The position numbers were made by a program, and so were the translations under genes. A stretch of DNA of 32,000 bases from Candidatus Saganbacteria bacterium (GTDB lineage Bacteria; Margulisbacteria; WOR-1; JAKLHX01), in contig JAPLKZ010000007.1 in the NCBI GenBank assembly GCA_026387835.1, positions 156,218-188,217 of the forward strand. The letters run 5' to 3'. Below the pieces are notes generated by a model. It saw only the letters and a list, made by a program, of their open reading frames with translations. It did not search any database and was not told where the DNA came from. Of the stretch, positions 1-9,655 are shown piece by piece. How positions within the stretch are numbered: the stretch's first letter is position 1; every line of letters begins with the position of its first letter.

Positions 1-425
1 GAAACGCGATGGCTCTAGCGCTTGCTTTAAAATATGCTGTTCTTACAGAAAATGCGAAGCAAGGGATGCCGGTGTCTGTGGCGGCCGTATTAGGATATGA
101 GGCCGACACGACAAAAGTTTCCATACCGGGTCTTGATATGATAAATGCGTTGGGTGATATAGGCATAGGTGCTATCGTAAGTAAGATCATGGTTCCTTGG
201 GTGCCGTATGGCGCACTTGTTTACCACAGTCTGAATCAGAACAATTATCCTATACCCGGAGGGACAGCCACAACCACGGGTTCCAGGATAGAGGTTGCGG
301 TAGGCACACAGATGCTGCTATCAAAGAGTTCTGCTGTAGTTGGAGAGTTTTCATATAACTCATATAACTTTGGAACAAGTTATACTAACAACCAGATCTC
401 TATAGCTTATTCGGCGAAGATCTGA
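1..425 (+). CDS. C-terminal fragment of an outer-membrane beta-barrel-like protein (5' truncated by window edge)
   Basis: Open frame reaches the window start without a stop. Alternating polar/hydrophobic strands (VVGEFSYNSYNFGTSYTNNQISIAYSAKI), ending in an amphipathic terminal strand typical of outer-membrane barrels. A terminator follows. Confidence 0.5.
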   Translation, partial: NAMALALALKYAVLTENAKQGMPVSVAAVLGYEADTTKVSIPGLDMINALGDIGIGAIVSKIMVPWVPYGALVYHSLNQNNYPIPGGTATTTGSRIEVAVGTQMLLSKSSAVVGEFSYNSYNFGTSYTNNQISIAYSAKI

Positions 426-454
426 TCTTGAAGATCTAGTCTTCTAGAAGATAT

Positions 455-487
455 ATGCTCCCCGATCCAATCGGGGAGCATTTTTTT
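455..487 (+). terminator. Rho-independent terminator
   Basis: Perfect 12-bp stem ATGCTCCCCGAT (455-466) / ATCGGGGAGCAT (470-481), 3-nt loop, T-run continuing to 487. Confidence 0.93.
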
Positions 488-526
488 ACGCCTTAAATCC
501 GGGCCCTCACGGTCCAGTTCCATTTT

Positions 527-535
527 TGTTATAAT
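527..535 (+). promoter_or_regulatory. Extended -10 promoter for the mraY operon
   Basis: TGTTATAAT (TGnTATAAT) directly after a terminator and 7 nt before the mraY ATG. No convincing -35 box. Confidence 0.6.
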
Positions 536-542
536 ATATAGA

Positions 543-1487
543 ATGAATTCCATATTTCTGTTTTGCGTGTCTATCATTCTTTCAGCAAGCCTGATATATA
601 TAACCATCAGATTATTCAGGTTATTAATGATAGGCCAGGCGATCCGTGATGAGGGGCCCGCAGGACATCAAAAGAAAAAAGGCACAGCTACGATGGGAGG
701 GATCGCAGTCCTTCTGACTTTCACCATTATGGCCTCCATATTCGTGGACATCGACGGAAAGCTCCTGGCTCTTTTACTGCTGACGGTAGGTTTCGGTATA
801 ATCGGCCTGCTTGACGACCTTATAAAGGTCTTACTGAGAAAGAGCGATGCTCTCAGCCCTTCACATAAGATGTCTTTACAGATAATTATTGCGCTGTTGT
901 TCGGGGCATATATTCTTATGGCCGGGCATGAGACGGGCGCCTCAGGTATTTTGAAAGTATTTCATTTCGATCTCGGTTATCTTTATCTTCCGTTCGTAGT
1001 GTTTATGATAGTGGCTGCTGCGAATGCAACAAATCTAACGGATGGGCTTGACGGTCTTCTAGCGGGGACTTCTGTTATCGCTATCACATCATATTCCATA
1101 ATAGCGGGAAAGCTCGGTATGATTGATACCGCGTCTCTCTGCATTATAATGGCCGGAGCATTGGCGGGTTTTCTGATCTTCAATTTTAACCCTGCGAAGA
1201 TCTTTATGGGCGATTGCGGATCGCTTGCGGTGGGCGCGTTTTTAGCAGGGATGGCCGTATTGCTGCATAAAGAATTATTATTGATACTGATCGGCGGCGT
1301 GTTCGTCATAGAGACGCTCTCGGTGATCATACAGGTGATCTCGTTCAAGACCACAGGCAGAAGAGTGTTTAAGATGAGCCCTTTGCATCATCATTTTGAG
1401 TTGTCCGGGATGAAAGAGAAAAAGATCGTGTTCATGTTTTGGGCAACGGGCCTGATACTTGGAATACTCGGAGTTATCATCCGCTAG
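543..1487 (+). CDS. mraY: Phospho-N-acetylmuramoyl-pentapeptide-transferase
   Basis: 314 aa. Motifs GHQKKKGTATMGG, NATNLTDGLDGLLAG, FNFNPAKIFMGDCGSLAVG, MSPLHHHFELSG. Confidence 0.97.
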   Translation: MNSIFLFCVSIILSASLIYITIRLFRLLMIGQAIRDEGPAGHQKKKGTATMGGIAVLLTFTIMASIFVDIDGKLLALLLLTVGFGIIGLLDDLIKVLLRKSDALSPSHKMSLQIIIALLFGAYILMAGHETGASGILKVFHFDLGYLYLPFVVFMIVAAANATNLTDGLDGLLAGTSVIAITSYSIIAGKLGMIDTASLCIIMAGALAGFLIFNFNPAKIFMGDCGSLAVGAFLAGMAVLLHKELLLILIGGVFVIETLSVIIQVISFKTTGRRVFKMSPLHHHFELSGMKEKKIVFMFWATGLILGILGVIIR

Positions 1488-1502
1488 GAGAAGCATTGGA
1501 AA

Positions 1503-2846
1503 ATGGATTATATAAATAAAAAAATATCAATAATAGGTTTCGGTAAAAGCGGACAGGCAGCCGCAAAGAGATTGTTGCAGTCGGGAGCTGTCGTGAAGGT
1601 TTCGGAATCGGGGAAGGCAGCCTCTCTTATGGATTGGATGAAGGATATCCAATTTGAATACGGCGGTCACACGTTCGATTTTATAAAGGACAGCGACCTG
1701 ATAGTCGTGAGCCCCGGCGTCCATATCGATATCCCCGCGATCGAAGAAGCAAAAAAAGCGGGTATTGCTGTTATTTCAGAAGTGGAACTTGCATTTTCAT
1801 TTTTCAGCAAGCCGGTGATCGCGGTCACGGGAACGAACGGAAAAACGACTACAACGACCCTGATTGGTGAGATATTCAGGAAAGCGGGATACAGGGTTGC
1901 TGTAGCAGGCAACATAGGCGACCCGCTTTCTGAAGTGGACGACAAAGATCTTGATTTCATCATTGCCGAAATAAGCAGCTACCAGCTTGAGGCGATAGAG
2001 AAATTCAGGCCTCAAATAGCTGTACTCCTGAATGTAACGCCCGATCATCTTGAGCGCTACAAGACAATGGAAGCTTATACGGCTGCGAAAGAAAAGATAT
2101 TCGAGAACCAGGTGCCCGGAGACTATCTGGTCTTTAATCATGACGACATCACGGTCAGAAAGATGGCCGACAAAGCTTCCTCCAGAAAATATCCTTTCAG
2201 CCGCGAAGTCGCTGTTGAAGGTGGCCTTTTTGTAAATGACGGCTATATCGTAAGGCTGAAAGAAAACTATTTGGAAGCTGTGATTAAGTTAGAAGATATC
2301 AAAATAAAAGGAAGTCATAATGTCGAAAATTGCCTGGCAGTAGCGGCAGCATCTTTGATTTGCGGGATATCTTGCGCCGATATAGAAAAGACAATGAAAG
2401 AATTCCCTGGAGTGGAACACAGGATAGAACATGTCAGAACGTTAAAGGGCATTGAGTTCTATAACGATTCAAAGGCTACCAATCCGGATTCGACTATAGT
2501 GGCATTGAAGACGTTGTCAAAGGGCGGAGAGCTTGTCCTGATACTAGGCGGCAGGGACAAAGGCACTGACCTTAAGCCGATGTGTTCTGTCATCCTCAAT
2601 ACTGCAAAGAAGGTCATTCTTATAGGGGAGGCCGCAAAAAGATTCGAAGAAGAACTGAGGGCTTCCGGTTTCACTGATATCGAGAAAGCGTCATCCATGG
2701 AAGAAGCGGTGCGGATATCTTTTGAAAGGTCAAAAGACGGAGGTATTGTCCTGCTTTCGCCGGCATGCGCGAGTTTTGACATGTTCAAGGATTATGAGGA
2801 CAGGGGCAGGGCGTTCAAAAAATCGGTGATGGAGATCGGGATCTGA
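1503..2846 (+). CDS. murD: UDP-N-acetylmuramoylalanine--D-glutamate ligase
   Basis: 447 aa. ATP-binding motif AVTGTNGKTTTTTLIG, EISSYQLEAIEKFRP, FYNDSKATNPDST, LILGGRDKGTD. Located in the mur cluster. Confidence 0.96.
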   Translation: MDYINKKISIIGFGKSGQAAAKRLLQSGAVVKVSESGKAASLMDWMKDIQFEYGGHTFDFIKDSDLIVVSPGVHIDIPAIEEAKKAGIAVISEVELAFSFFSKPVIAVTGTNGKTTTTTLIGEIFRKAGYRVAVAGNIGDPLSEVDDKDLDFIIAEISSYQLEAIEKFRPQIAVLLNVTPDHLERYKTMEAYTAAKEKIFENQVPGDYLVFNHDDITVRKMADKASSRKYPFSREVAVEGGLFVNDGYIVRLKENYLEAVIKLEDIKIKGSHNVENCLAVAAASLICGISCADIEKTMKEFPGVEHRIEHVRTLKGIEFYNDSKATNPDSTIVALKTLSKGGELVLILGGRDKGTDLKPMCSVILNTAKKVILIGEAAKRFEEELRASGFTDIEKASSMEEAVRISFERSKDGGIVLLSPACASFDMFKDYEDRGRAFKKSVMEIGI

Positions 2847-2856
2847 CGGGTGGACA

Positions 2857-3951
2857 ATGGATAAAAAAAGACCGGATATATTCCTGTTAATTTGCGTGAC
2901 AGCTCTCGTCGCTGTCGGACTTGTGATGGTGTTCAGCGCGACGACGACCCAGTCCCTGAGAGCGGGGAACCCGTTCATGTATCTTATCAAGCAGTCTTTG
3001 TATGTCGCGCTCGGGTTCATCGCGATGTACGCGGGCTACCGTATTGATTATGACAACTACAGAAAATGGACCGCCTGGATAATGGGGGGCTCGCTGTTCC
3101 TTCTCGCGGTCGTTTTTCTGCCTATGATCGGCCACTCGGCCGGAGGCGCTTCCAGATGGATCGATCTCGGGTTCATTTCATTTCAGCCTTCCGAGCTCGC
3201 AAAGATCGCTGTCGTTATATACCTGGCGGACGTGCTGGCACGCAAAGGAGCTGTCATCCGCGAATTCATAAAAGGGCTTTTTCCTCCTCTTCTTGTGGTC
3301 GGCGGATTCTGTTTTATCGTGCTTATACAGCCGGACCTCGGTACAGTGTTCGTGATATTCGGGACCGCTTTTATCATGTTCTATCTCGCGGGGGCAAAAG
3401 CGGTACACCTGTCTTTGCTTTTCGCGGGTGGCGTAGCGGCATTTCTGTTATCAAGTTTTGTCAGCTCCTACAGATGGCAGCGTATCATAACTTTTATCGA
3501 CCCGTGGAAGGATCCGAGAGGAGCAGGATTTCATATCATACAGTCGATGATCGCGGTGGGTTCCGGCGGGTTCATGGGCCTCGGACTTGGTGCGAGCAGA
3601 CAAAAATTCCTCTATCTTCCGGAACAATACACGGACTTCATCTACGCCATACTTTGCGAAGAGGGCGGGTTTTTGGGGGCTTTGGGAGTAATACTGCTGT
3701 TCATATGGTTCATAGGAAGAGGATTGAAAATATGCAGGCAGTGCCCTGACCGGTTCGGGATGCTTCTGGCCGGCGGCCTGACATCATTTATAGCTTTAGA
3801 AGCGGTCGTCAATATGGGCGTGGTCGTCGACTTGATCCCGACGACAGGGGTCCCGCTTCCGTTCATCAGTTACGGCGGCACATCCCTGATAGTGATGATG
3901 TTCACTGTCGGGATACTGCTGAACATCTCTTCTTTCCGTGAAAGAGCGTGA
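2857..3951 (+). CDS. ftsW: FtsW (SEDS-family peptidoglycan glycosyltransferase, RodA/FtsW/SpoVE)
   Basis: 364 aa multi-TM. FQPSELAKIAVVIYLAD, QPDLGTVFVI, GVPLPFISYGGTSLI. Confidence 0.95.
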   Translation: MDKKRPDIFLLICVTALVAVGLVMVFSATTTQSLRAGNPFMYLIKQSLYVALGFIAMYAGYRIDYDNYRKWTAWIMGGSLFLLAVVFLPMIGHSAGGASRWIDLGFISFQPSELAKIAVVIYLADVLARKGAVIREFIKGLFPPLLVVGGFCFIVLIQPDLGTVFVIFGTAFIMFYLAGAKAVHLSLLFAGGVAAFLLSSFVSSYRWQRIITFIDPWKDPRGAGFHIIQSMIAVGSGGFMGLGLGASRQKFLYLPEQYTDFIYAILCEEGGFLGALGVILLFIWFIGRGLKICRQCPDRFGMLLAGGLTSFIALEAVVNMGVVVDLIPTTGVPLPFISYGGTSLIVMMFTVGILLNISSFRERA

Positions 3952-3957
3952 CAGCCG

Positions 3958-5070
3958 ATGATTAAGACATTAAAAGAAATAAGGATCGCCGTGTGCGCGG
4001 CAGGTACCGGCGGCCATATTTATCCCGGGATAGCGGTCGCGAGGAGCATACTTAAAGACCGCCCCGATGCAAAGATCCTGTTCTTCGGTTCAGGAAAGAA
4101 GATAGAAAAAAGCATATTTAACAGCGAAGGGCTGGACGCGAATTATATTTTATCTTCCGGTCTTCAAAAAACGACGCCGTTCGATATTTTAAAGGCGCTT
4201 GTATTATACCCTGCCGGTCTTTTTCAGGCTGCTGTAAAGTTGTTGTTTTTCAAGCCGGATGTCCTGCTTTCAACCGGAGGATATTCCAGCCTGCCGGTAG
4301 TTTTTGCCGCCGTGATGTTAAATGTGCCGGTCATACTCCATGAGCAGAACGTCCTGCCGGGCAGGGCGAACCGCATAGTTTCAAAACTGGCAAAAAAAAT
4401 CGCGGTCTCTTTTGAAGAGAGCGCAAAATATTTTGATCCGGCCAGGACCGTTGTCACCGGAAATCCGGTAAGAGAAGGCATCGTTTCAGCGAACGGGCAG
4501 GTCTCGAAAAATAAACTGGGGATAAATCCCGGGGCCAAGACGGTCCTTGTTGTCGGAGGAAGCCAGGGGGCGCGCTCCCTGAACAAATATATCCTTGAGG
4601 CCGTGCCGTTGATGAAGGACAGAAATATCACTCTGGTCCATCTGTGCGGTGAAAGTGATTTCATATTGTTAGAAGACAAGATCGCAGGGATCGACAAAGG
4701 CATCTTAAGCATAAAATTATTCCCGTATACGCATGATATGGGGACTGTCCTTGCGGCGAGCGATCTTGTAATAAGCAGGGCGGGAGCTACTATCCTTGCC
4801 GAGATCGCTTCAAGGGGGCTTCCTTCGGTGCTTGCGCCGTATCCTCACGCGGCCGAAGATCACCAGCGTTATAACGCCGAGGTATTCGGTAAAAAAGGGG
4901 CTTCTTTGGTGATCGAGGACGCTTCATTGTCGGGAAAGATGCTCTCGGATATGATCAAAGATCTGCTCTCTGACAGAGGCAGATATGAAAAAATGTCGGC
5001 AGCGGCAAGATCGATGTATAAGAGTGACGCGGCGTCAAAGATCAAGGAATTGATATATGAAACAGTTTGA
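3958..5070 (+). CDS. murG: UDP-N-acetylglucosamine--N-acetylmuramyl-(pentapeptide) pyrophosphoryl-undecaprenol GlcNAc transferase
   Basis: 370 aa. AAGTGGHIYPGIAVA, STGGYSSLPV, HEQNVLPGRANR, VVGGSQGARSLN, RAGATILAEI. Confidence 0.96.
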   Translation: MIKTLKEIRIAVCAAGTGGHIYPGIAVARSILKDRPDAKILFFGSGKKIEKSIFNSEGLDANYILSSGLQKTTPFDILKALVLYPAGLFQAAVKLLFFKPDVLLSTGGYSSLPVVFAAVMLNVPVILHEQNVLPGRANRIVSKLAKKIAVSFEESAKYFDPARTVVTGNPVREGIVSANGQVSKNKLGINPGAKTVLVVGGSQGARSLNKYILEAVPLMKDRNITLVHLCGESDFILLEDKIAGIDKGILSIKLFPYTHDMGTVLAASDLVISRAGATILAEIASRGLPSVLAPYPHAAEDHQRYNAEVFGKKGASLVIEDASLSGKMLSDMIKDLLSDRGRYEKMSAAARSMYKSDAASKIKELIYETV

Positions 5071-6475
5071 TATGACGCGCGCCAAGAACATCCACCTTAT
5101 CGGCGTAGGGGGATGCGGGGTCGGGGCCATTGCCAAGATACTGATAGAGATGGGATACAAAGTGTCCGGTTCCGACCTGAAGGAAAGCGCCAATACCATA
5201 AGGCTCCGTGAAATGGGGGCCCACATTTTTTTCGGGCACGCGGCTTCCAACGTCAGGGAAGCCGACATAGTAGTATATTCTTCGGCGATCTCAAAGGAAA
5301 ACCCGGAGTTAGCGGAGGCCGGCGCGTCGCAGATAAAGACCATAGCAAGAGCGGAAATGCTTTCCTGGATACTTTCACAATCAAAGACCCCTATAGCGAT
5401 AGCGGGGACCCACGGAAAGACAACGACCACATCGATGACATCGCTGGTATTTACGAAATGCGGGTTCGAACCGACATTTCTTATAGGCGGCGAGACCAAT
5501 GATGTCGGAGGGAATGCCAAACTCGGCAGCGGCAGATTTGCCATAGCCGAAGCGGACGAGAGTGACGGGTCGTTTTTGTTCCTGAGGCCGAAGATGAGCG
5601 TAATTACCAACATAGAGGCCGATCATCTCGACCATTACAGCGGGATAGACAGCATAATGGAAACCTTCAGGGATTTTGCCGATTTGCTGCCTCCTGACGG
5701 GCATCTGATAATCTGCGCGGACCATCCCAATAACAAGCTGCTTCTGAAAAAGATCGAGACTGAGGCTTCAACTGTACTGTACGGGTTCAGCGAGGATGCC
5801 CAGATAAAGGCAAAGAACATGATCTCGGGTGAGGGCAGCGTGAAATTCGAGGTCTTAAATAACGGCAGGACGCTGGGCGAGGTCAAGCTTAATGTTCCCG
5901 GCAGCCAGAATGTCGAGAACGCGCTTGCTTCGATAGCCGTGGGCCTCGAAGCCGGGATAGATTTTATGAGCATAAACACGGCTTTAAGGTGTTTTACCGG
6001 AGTGAGGAGAAGGTTCCAGCTGATAGGAAAAGTAGGAGGCATACTTATATATGACGACTACGCGCATCATCCCACCGAGATCGCGGTGACGCTCAGATCG
6101 GCAAAACAAAGCTGGTCCACGGTAAAAAGATTGATATGCGTGTTCCAGCCTCACAGGTATTCGAGGACCATGCATCTGAAGGAGGATTTCGGAAAAGCTT
6201 TTGGATTTGCGGACGAGGTTATCATCACCGATATCTATTCGGCGGGAGAAAATCCTATATCCGGCATCACCGGCGAGACGATCGTCGAAGAGATCAGAAA
6301 GAACAAAAAGAACGTGCTGTATCTCCCTAAAAAGCAGGAGATCGCCGATCACCTCATAAACTCCTTGAAAGAAGGGGACCTTGTCCTTACAATGGGAGCC
6401 GGGGATATACACGTCATCGCAAAGGAAATATACAGCCGTCTGAGGGAGAAACAAAGAAATGAAAAACTTATTTGA
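5057..6475 (+). CDS. murC: UDP-N-acetylmuramate--L-alanine ligase
   Basis: 472 aa. HLIGVGGCGVGAIAKI, AGTHGKTTTTSM, EADESDGSFL, YDDYAHHPTEI. Overlaps the murG end by 14 nt. Confidence 0.96.
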   Translation: MKQFDMTRAKNIHLIGVGGCGVGAIAKILIEMGYKVSGSDLKESANTIRLREMGAHIFFGHAASNVREADIVVYSSAISKENPELAEAGASQIKTIARAEMLSWILSQSKTPIAIAGTHGKTTTTSMTSLVFTKCGFEPTFLIGGETNDVGGNAKLGSGRFAIAEADESDGSFLFLRPKMSVITNIEADHLDHYSGIDSIMETFRDFADLLPPDGHLIICADHPNNKLLLKKIETEASTVLYGFSEDAQIKAKNMISGEGSVKFEVLNNGRTLGEVKLNVPGSQNVENALASIAVGLEAGIDFMSINTALRCFTGVRRRFQLIGKVGGILIYDDYAHHPTEIAVTLRSAKQSWSTVKRLICVFQPHRYSRTMHLKEDFGKAFGFADEVIITDIYSAGENPISGITGETIVEEIRKNKKNVLYLPKKQEIADHLINSLKEGDLVLTMGAGDIHVIAKEIYSRLREKQRNEKLI

Positions 6476-7361
6476 CGAGCTTTGCAAGCAATGCAAGGGA
6501 GAGGTCCTGAAAAACGAGCCCATGGCGAGGCACACCACATTCAAGGTCGGCGGACCGGCTGACATCATGTTCTCTCCCGAAGATGCCGGGAGCCTTAAAA
6601 AAGCGTTGAAAATATTGAATTCCCATAAAACTTCTTTCATCGTGATAGGCAAGGGGTCAAACCTCCTGGTCTCGGACGAGGGCATCAGGGGAGTCGTGAT
6701 AAAACTTGCGGGGAACATGAACGGCATTAAAATAAAGGGTACTTCGGTCACCGCGCAGGCGGGCGTTTTTATGAAAACGCTTATTTATAAATGTTCCGAG
6801 TCCGGCCTTTCGGGCCTTGAACCGCTTATAGGGATCCCGGCGGCTTTGGGAGGCGCTATAGCGATGAACATGTCAGCCTGGGGGACGAGCATAAGCAGCC
6901 TTGTAAGGTCCGTCACGGTCCTGACAAAAGAAGGCAAGGTCAAAAAGATACCGAAGATCGCTTGCGGATTTTCTTACAGGGGCTCCGATCTTGATAAAGG
7001 CTCTCAGATCATCATAGAGATCCTGTTGGAGCTCAAGCGCGAAGATATTCAAAAGATATCGGAAAGACAGGAAGAGATCCTTTTTCTTAAAACCGCATCC
7101 CAGCCGATAGGTCTTCCTTCGGCCGGGTGTGTTTTTAAGAATACTACGGGAGAACCTTCAGGCAAGATCATTGAAAAAGCGGGGCTCAAGGGAGAAAGGA
7201 TAGGAGGCGCCGAAGTTTCAAATATCCACGCGAATTATATCGTCAATACCGGCGGCGCCAAAGCCGCGGATATAAAGCTCCTTATCGAACGTATCAGGGC
7301 GATAGTCATGGATAAATTCGGCATAAAACTTGAGCTGGAAATAAAAACATCAGGTTTTTGA
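6459..7361 (+). CDS. murB: UDP-N-acetylenolpyruvoylglucosamine reductase
   Basis: 300 aa. HTTFKVGGPADIMF, GKGSNLLVSDEGIRGVVI, LIGIPAALGGAIAMN, SAGCVFKN, HANYIVNTGGAKAAD. Confidence 0.96.
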   Translation: MKNLFDELCKQCKGEVLKNEPMARHTTFKVGGPADIMFSPEDAGSLKKALKILNSHKTSFIVIGKGSNLLVSDEGIRGVVIKLAGNMNGIKIKGTSVTAQAGVFMKTLIYKCSESGLSGLEPLIGIPAALGGAIAMNMSAWGTSISSLVRSVTVLTKEGKVKKIPKIACGFSYRGSDLDKGSQIIIEILLELKREDIQKISERQEEILFLKTASQPIGLPSAGCVFKNTTGEPSGKIIEKAGLKGERIGGAEVSNIHANYIVNTGGAKAADIKLLIERIRAIVMDKFGIKLELEIKTSGF

Positions 7362-7406
7362 CTTTATAAAGATGTTCGTGATATCCTGAATATATAAAGA
7401 AAAAAT

Positions 7407-8240
7407 ATGATTTCTAAAGAAAAAATAAAAGAGATCGAGGCGAAAGCCAACCAAATAAAGATAGACATCATAGAGATGATAGGCAGGTCGGGTTCAGGCC
7501 ATCCCGGCGGTTCTCTTTCTATATCAGATATTGTTGCCGTTCTTTATTTTGAAAAAATGAGGTATAGATCTGACGATCCGCAGTGGGAGGACAGGGACCG
7601 CCTGGTCCTTTCCAAAGGCCACGCTGCCCCGGCAGTATATTCCGCGCTTTCGCTTGCAGGTTTTTTTTCGAGGGATTACCTGAAGACATTAAGGCAGATC
7701 GGGACATCGCTTCAGGGACATCCGGACAGGACTTCGCTTCCTGGCATTGATATGTCGACAGGATCGCTGGGCCAGGGACTTTCTGTCGCGGTGGGAATGG
7801 CGCTGGCGGCAAAAATGGATAAAAAAGAACACAGGATCTACTGCATAATAGGGGACGGTGAATCGCAGGAAGGCCAGATCTGGGAGGCAGCGATGAGCGC
7901 CGGCCACAGGAAGACAGATAATCTGACCGTGATACTGGACCACAATAAATTGCAGATCGACGGACGTGTCGAAGATATAAAAGGGCTCTCTCCTGTGGCC
8001 GATAAATGGAGGGCTTTCAGGTGGAACGCCATCGACAAAGTAGACGGGCATGACGTGCGGGCGCTGTTAAAAGCGTTCGATGAGGCGGAAAAAACGAAAG
8101 GCAGGCCTACGATAATAATCGCGGACACTGTCAAAGGAAAAGGCGTTTCTTTTATGGAACATAACGTGGATTTTCACGGCAAGGCTCCCAACAAGGAAGA
8201 GACGGAAAAAGCGCTTTCCGAGCTGAGGTGCCGCCAATGA
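7407..8240 (+). CDS. Transketolase, N-terminal subunit
   Basis: 277 aa. Thiamine-PP-binding region GDGESQEGQIWEAAMSAGH, GSLGQGLSVAVGMAL, SKGHAAPAVYSAL. The C-terminal half is the next gene. Confidence 0.93.
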   Translation: MISKEKIKEIEAKANQIKIDIIEMIGRSGSGHPGGSLSISDIVAVLYFEKMRYRSDDPQWEDRDRLVLSKGHAAPAVYSALSLAGFFSRDYLKTLRQIGTSLQGHPDRTSLPGIDMSTGSLGQGLSVAVGMALAAKMDKKEHRIYCIIGDGESQEGQIWEAAMSAGHRKTDNLTVILDHNKLQIDGRVEDIKGLSPVADKWRAFRWNAIDKVDGHDVRALLKAFDEAEKTKGRPTIIIADTVKGKGVSFMEHNVDFHGKAPNKEETEKALSELRCRQ

Positions 8241-9184
8241 GCAGGCAGCTTGCTTCGACAAGGGATGCTTACGGAAAAACCCTTGTAGAGCTGGGGAAAC
8301 AGAACAGGGACATAGTGGTCCTTGACGCAGATCTCGCGTGTTCCACAAAGACAGCGTCTTTTTGCAAGGCATTTCCCGACAGGTTCATCAACTGCGGGGT
8401 CGCGGAGCAGGACATGATCTCTACTGCCGCGGGACTTGCGGCCAGCGGAAAGATCGCGTTCGCTTCGACTTTCGCGGTATTCGGGGCGGGCCGGGCGTGG
8501 GATCAGGTCAGGATCTCGGTAGCCTATCCGAGATTGAACGTGAAGATCGTCGTCACGCACGGAGGGATCACCGTGGGCGAGGACGGGGCTACGCATCACG
8601 CGCTTGAAGATATCTGCCTGATGAGGGTGCTGCCCAATATGACGGTAGTAGTCCCGGCTGACGCGGTTGAAACGGAAAAAGCTATCCGTGCTGTCGCTCA
8701 GTTCCACGGCCCGGCATATGTCAGGCTCGGCAGGTCAGCGGTACCGGTAATAAACCAAGATAAAGATTACGATTTCAGGATAGGCAAAAGCGTCGAGTTC
8801 AGAAAAGGAAAAGACGTCACTCTCATAGCTTGCGGGATAATGGTAGCGACCGCTCTTGACGCGGCTGATATCCTCGAAAAAGAAGGGCTCTCGTGCCGGG
8901 TGATAAACATGCATACGATAAAACCGCTTGACAGAGAAGCGGTATTATCGGCCGCCAGGGAGACAGGCGCCATCGTGACAGCCGAGGAACATTCCGTATT
9001 GGGCGGGCTCGGCAGCGCGGTGTGCGAAACGGTCGCCCAGGATTTTCCCGTTCCTGTGATAAGGGTGGGTGTCGCCGATATGTTCACCGAGTCGGGTAGC
9101 CCGTCAGAACTTCTCGAAAAATACGGCCTGATGGCGAAAGACATAATAGATGCGGCAAAAAAAGCGATCTCCAAAAAAAGATAA
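8228..9184 (+). CDS. Transketolase, C-terminal subunit
   Basis: 318 aa. [66 protein letters not shown]. 13-nt overlap with the N-terminal subunit. Confidence 0.93.
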   Translation: MPPMSRQLASTRDAYGKTLVELGKQNRDIVVLDADLACSTKTASFCKAFPDRFINCGVAEQDMISTAAGLAASGKIAFASTFAVFGAGRAWDQVRISVAYPRLNVKIVVTHGGITVGEDGATHHALEDICLMRVLPNMTVVVPADAVETEKAIRAVAQFHGPAYVRLGRSAVPVINQDKDYDFRIGKSVEFRKGKDVTLIACGIMVATALDAADILEKEGLSCRVINMHTIKPLDREAVLSAARETGAIVTAEEHSVLGGLGSAVCETVAQDFPVPVIRVGVADMFTESGSPSELLEKYGLMAKDIIDAAKKAISKKR

Positions 9185-9650
9185 ACCGCTGAAGACGGCA
9201 AAACGGCCGACCTGGGACGAATATTTCATGGAAATAACCAGGGTGGTCGCAAAGCGTTCCGCATGCCTGAAACGCAATGTGGGGGCAGTTGTCGTCAAAG
9301 AAAAAAGGCTTCTCTCCACAGGATATAACGGCGCCCCTAAAGGCCTTGCTCATTGCGAGGCCGTGGGCTGCATCAGAAAAGAGATGAATATCCCTTCGGG
9401 TCAAAGGCATGAGCTGTGCCGCGGACTTCACGCCGAGCAGAACGCAATAATACAAGCAGCCTGGGACGGAGTGAAGATAGAAGGCTCGACACTTTACTGC
9501 ACGCACCAGCCGTGCGTCATTTGCGTGAAGATGATGATAAACGCGGGGATAAAAAGAGTGGTATTTGAAGGCGATTATCCCGACGACCTTGCGTCAAACA
9601 TGCTTATAGAGTCAGGGCTTGAGATATCCCGCTTTAAAGAGGTAAAATAG
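9150..9650 (+). CDS. Deoxycytidylate (dCMP) deaminase, ComEB-like
   Basis: [67 protein letters not shown]. The start codon is uncertain because the N-terminus overlaps the transketolase C-subunit by 35 nt. Confidence 0.9.
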   Translation: MRQKKRSPKKDKPLKTAKRPTWDEYFMEITRVVAKRSACLKRNVGAVVVKEKRLLSTGYNGAPKGLAHCEAVGCIRKEMNIPSGQRHELCRGLHAEQNAIIQAAWDGVKIEGSTLYCTHQPCVICVKMMINAGIKRVVFEGDYPDDLASNMLIESGLEISRFKEVK

Positions 9651-9655
9651 ATCAA

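Noticed and set aside
421-452. Small palindromes GATCTTGAAGATC and TCTTCTAGAAGA before the first terminator
   Set aside because: Short, AT-rich, and next to a much stronger terminator. Could be part of the 3' UTR but not distinctive on its own.
983-1354. 123-aa antisense ORF across mraY
   Set aside because: Fully inside a confident gene, no RBS, composition explained by codon bias of the opposite strand. The same applies to many other shadow ORFs in the track (e.g. 3066-3749, 5035-5613, 5984-6751, 14924-15115, 31249-31662).
7407-9184. Transketolase split into two genes as a possible frameshift
   Set aside because: Separate N- and C-terminal transketolase subunits with overlapping ends are a common normal arrangement, and both halves have complete motifs.
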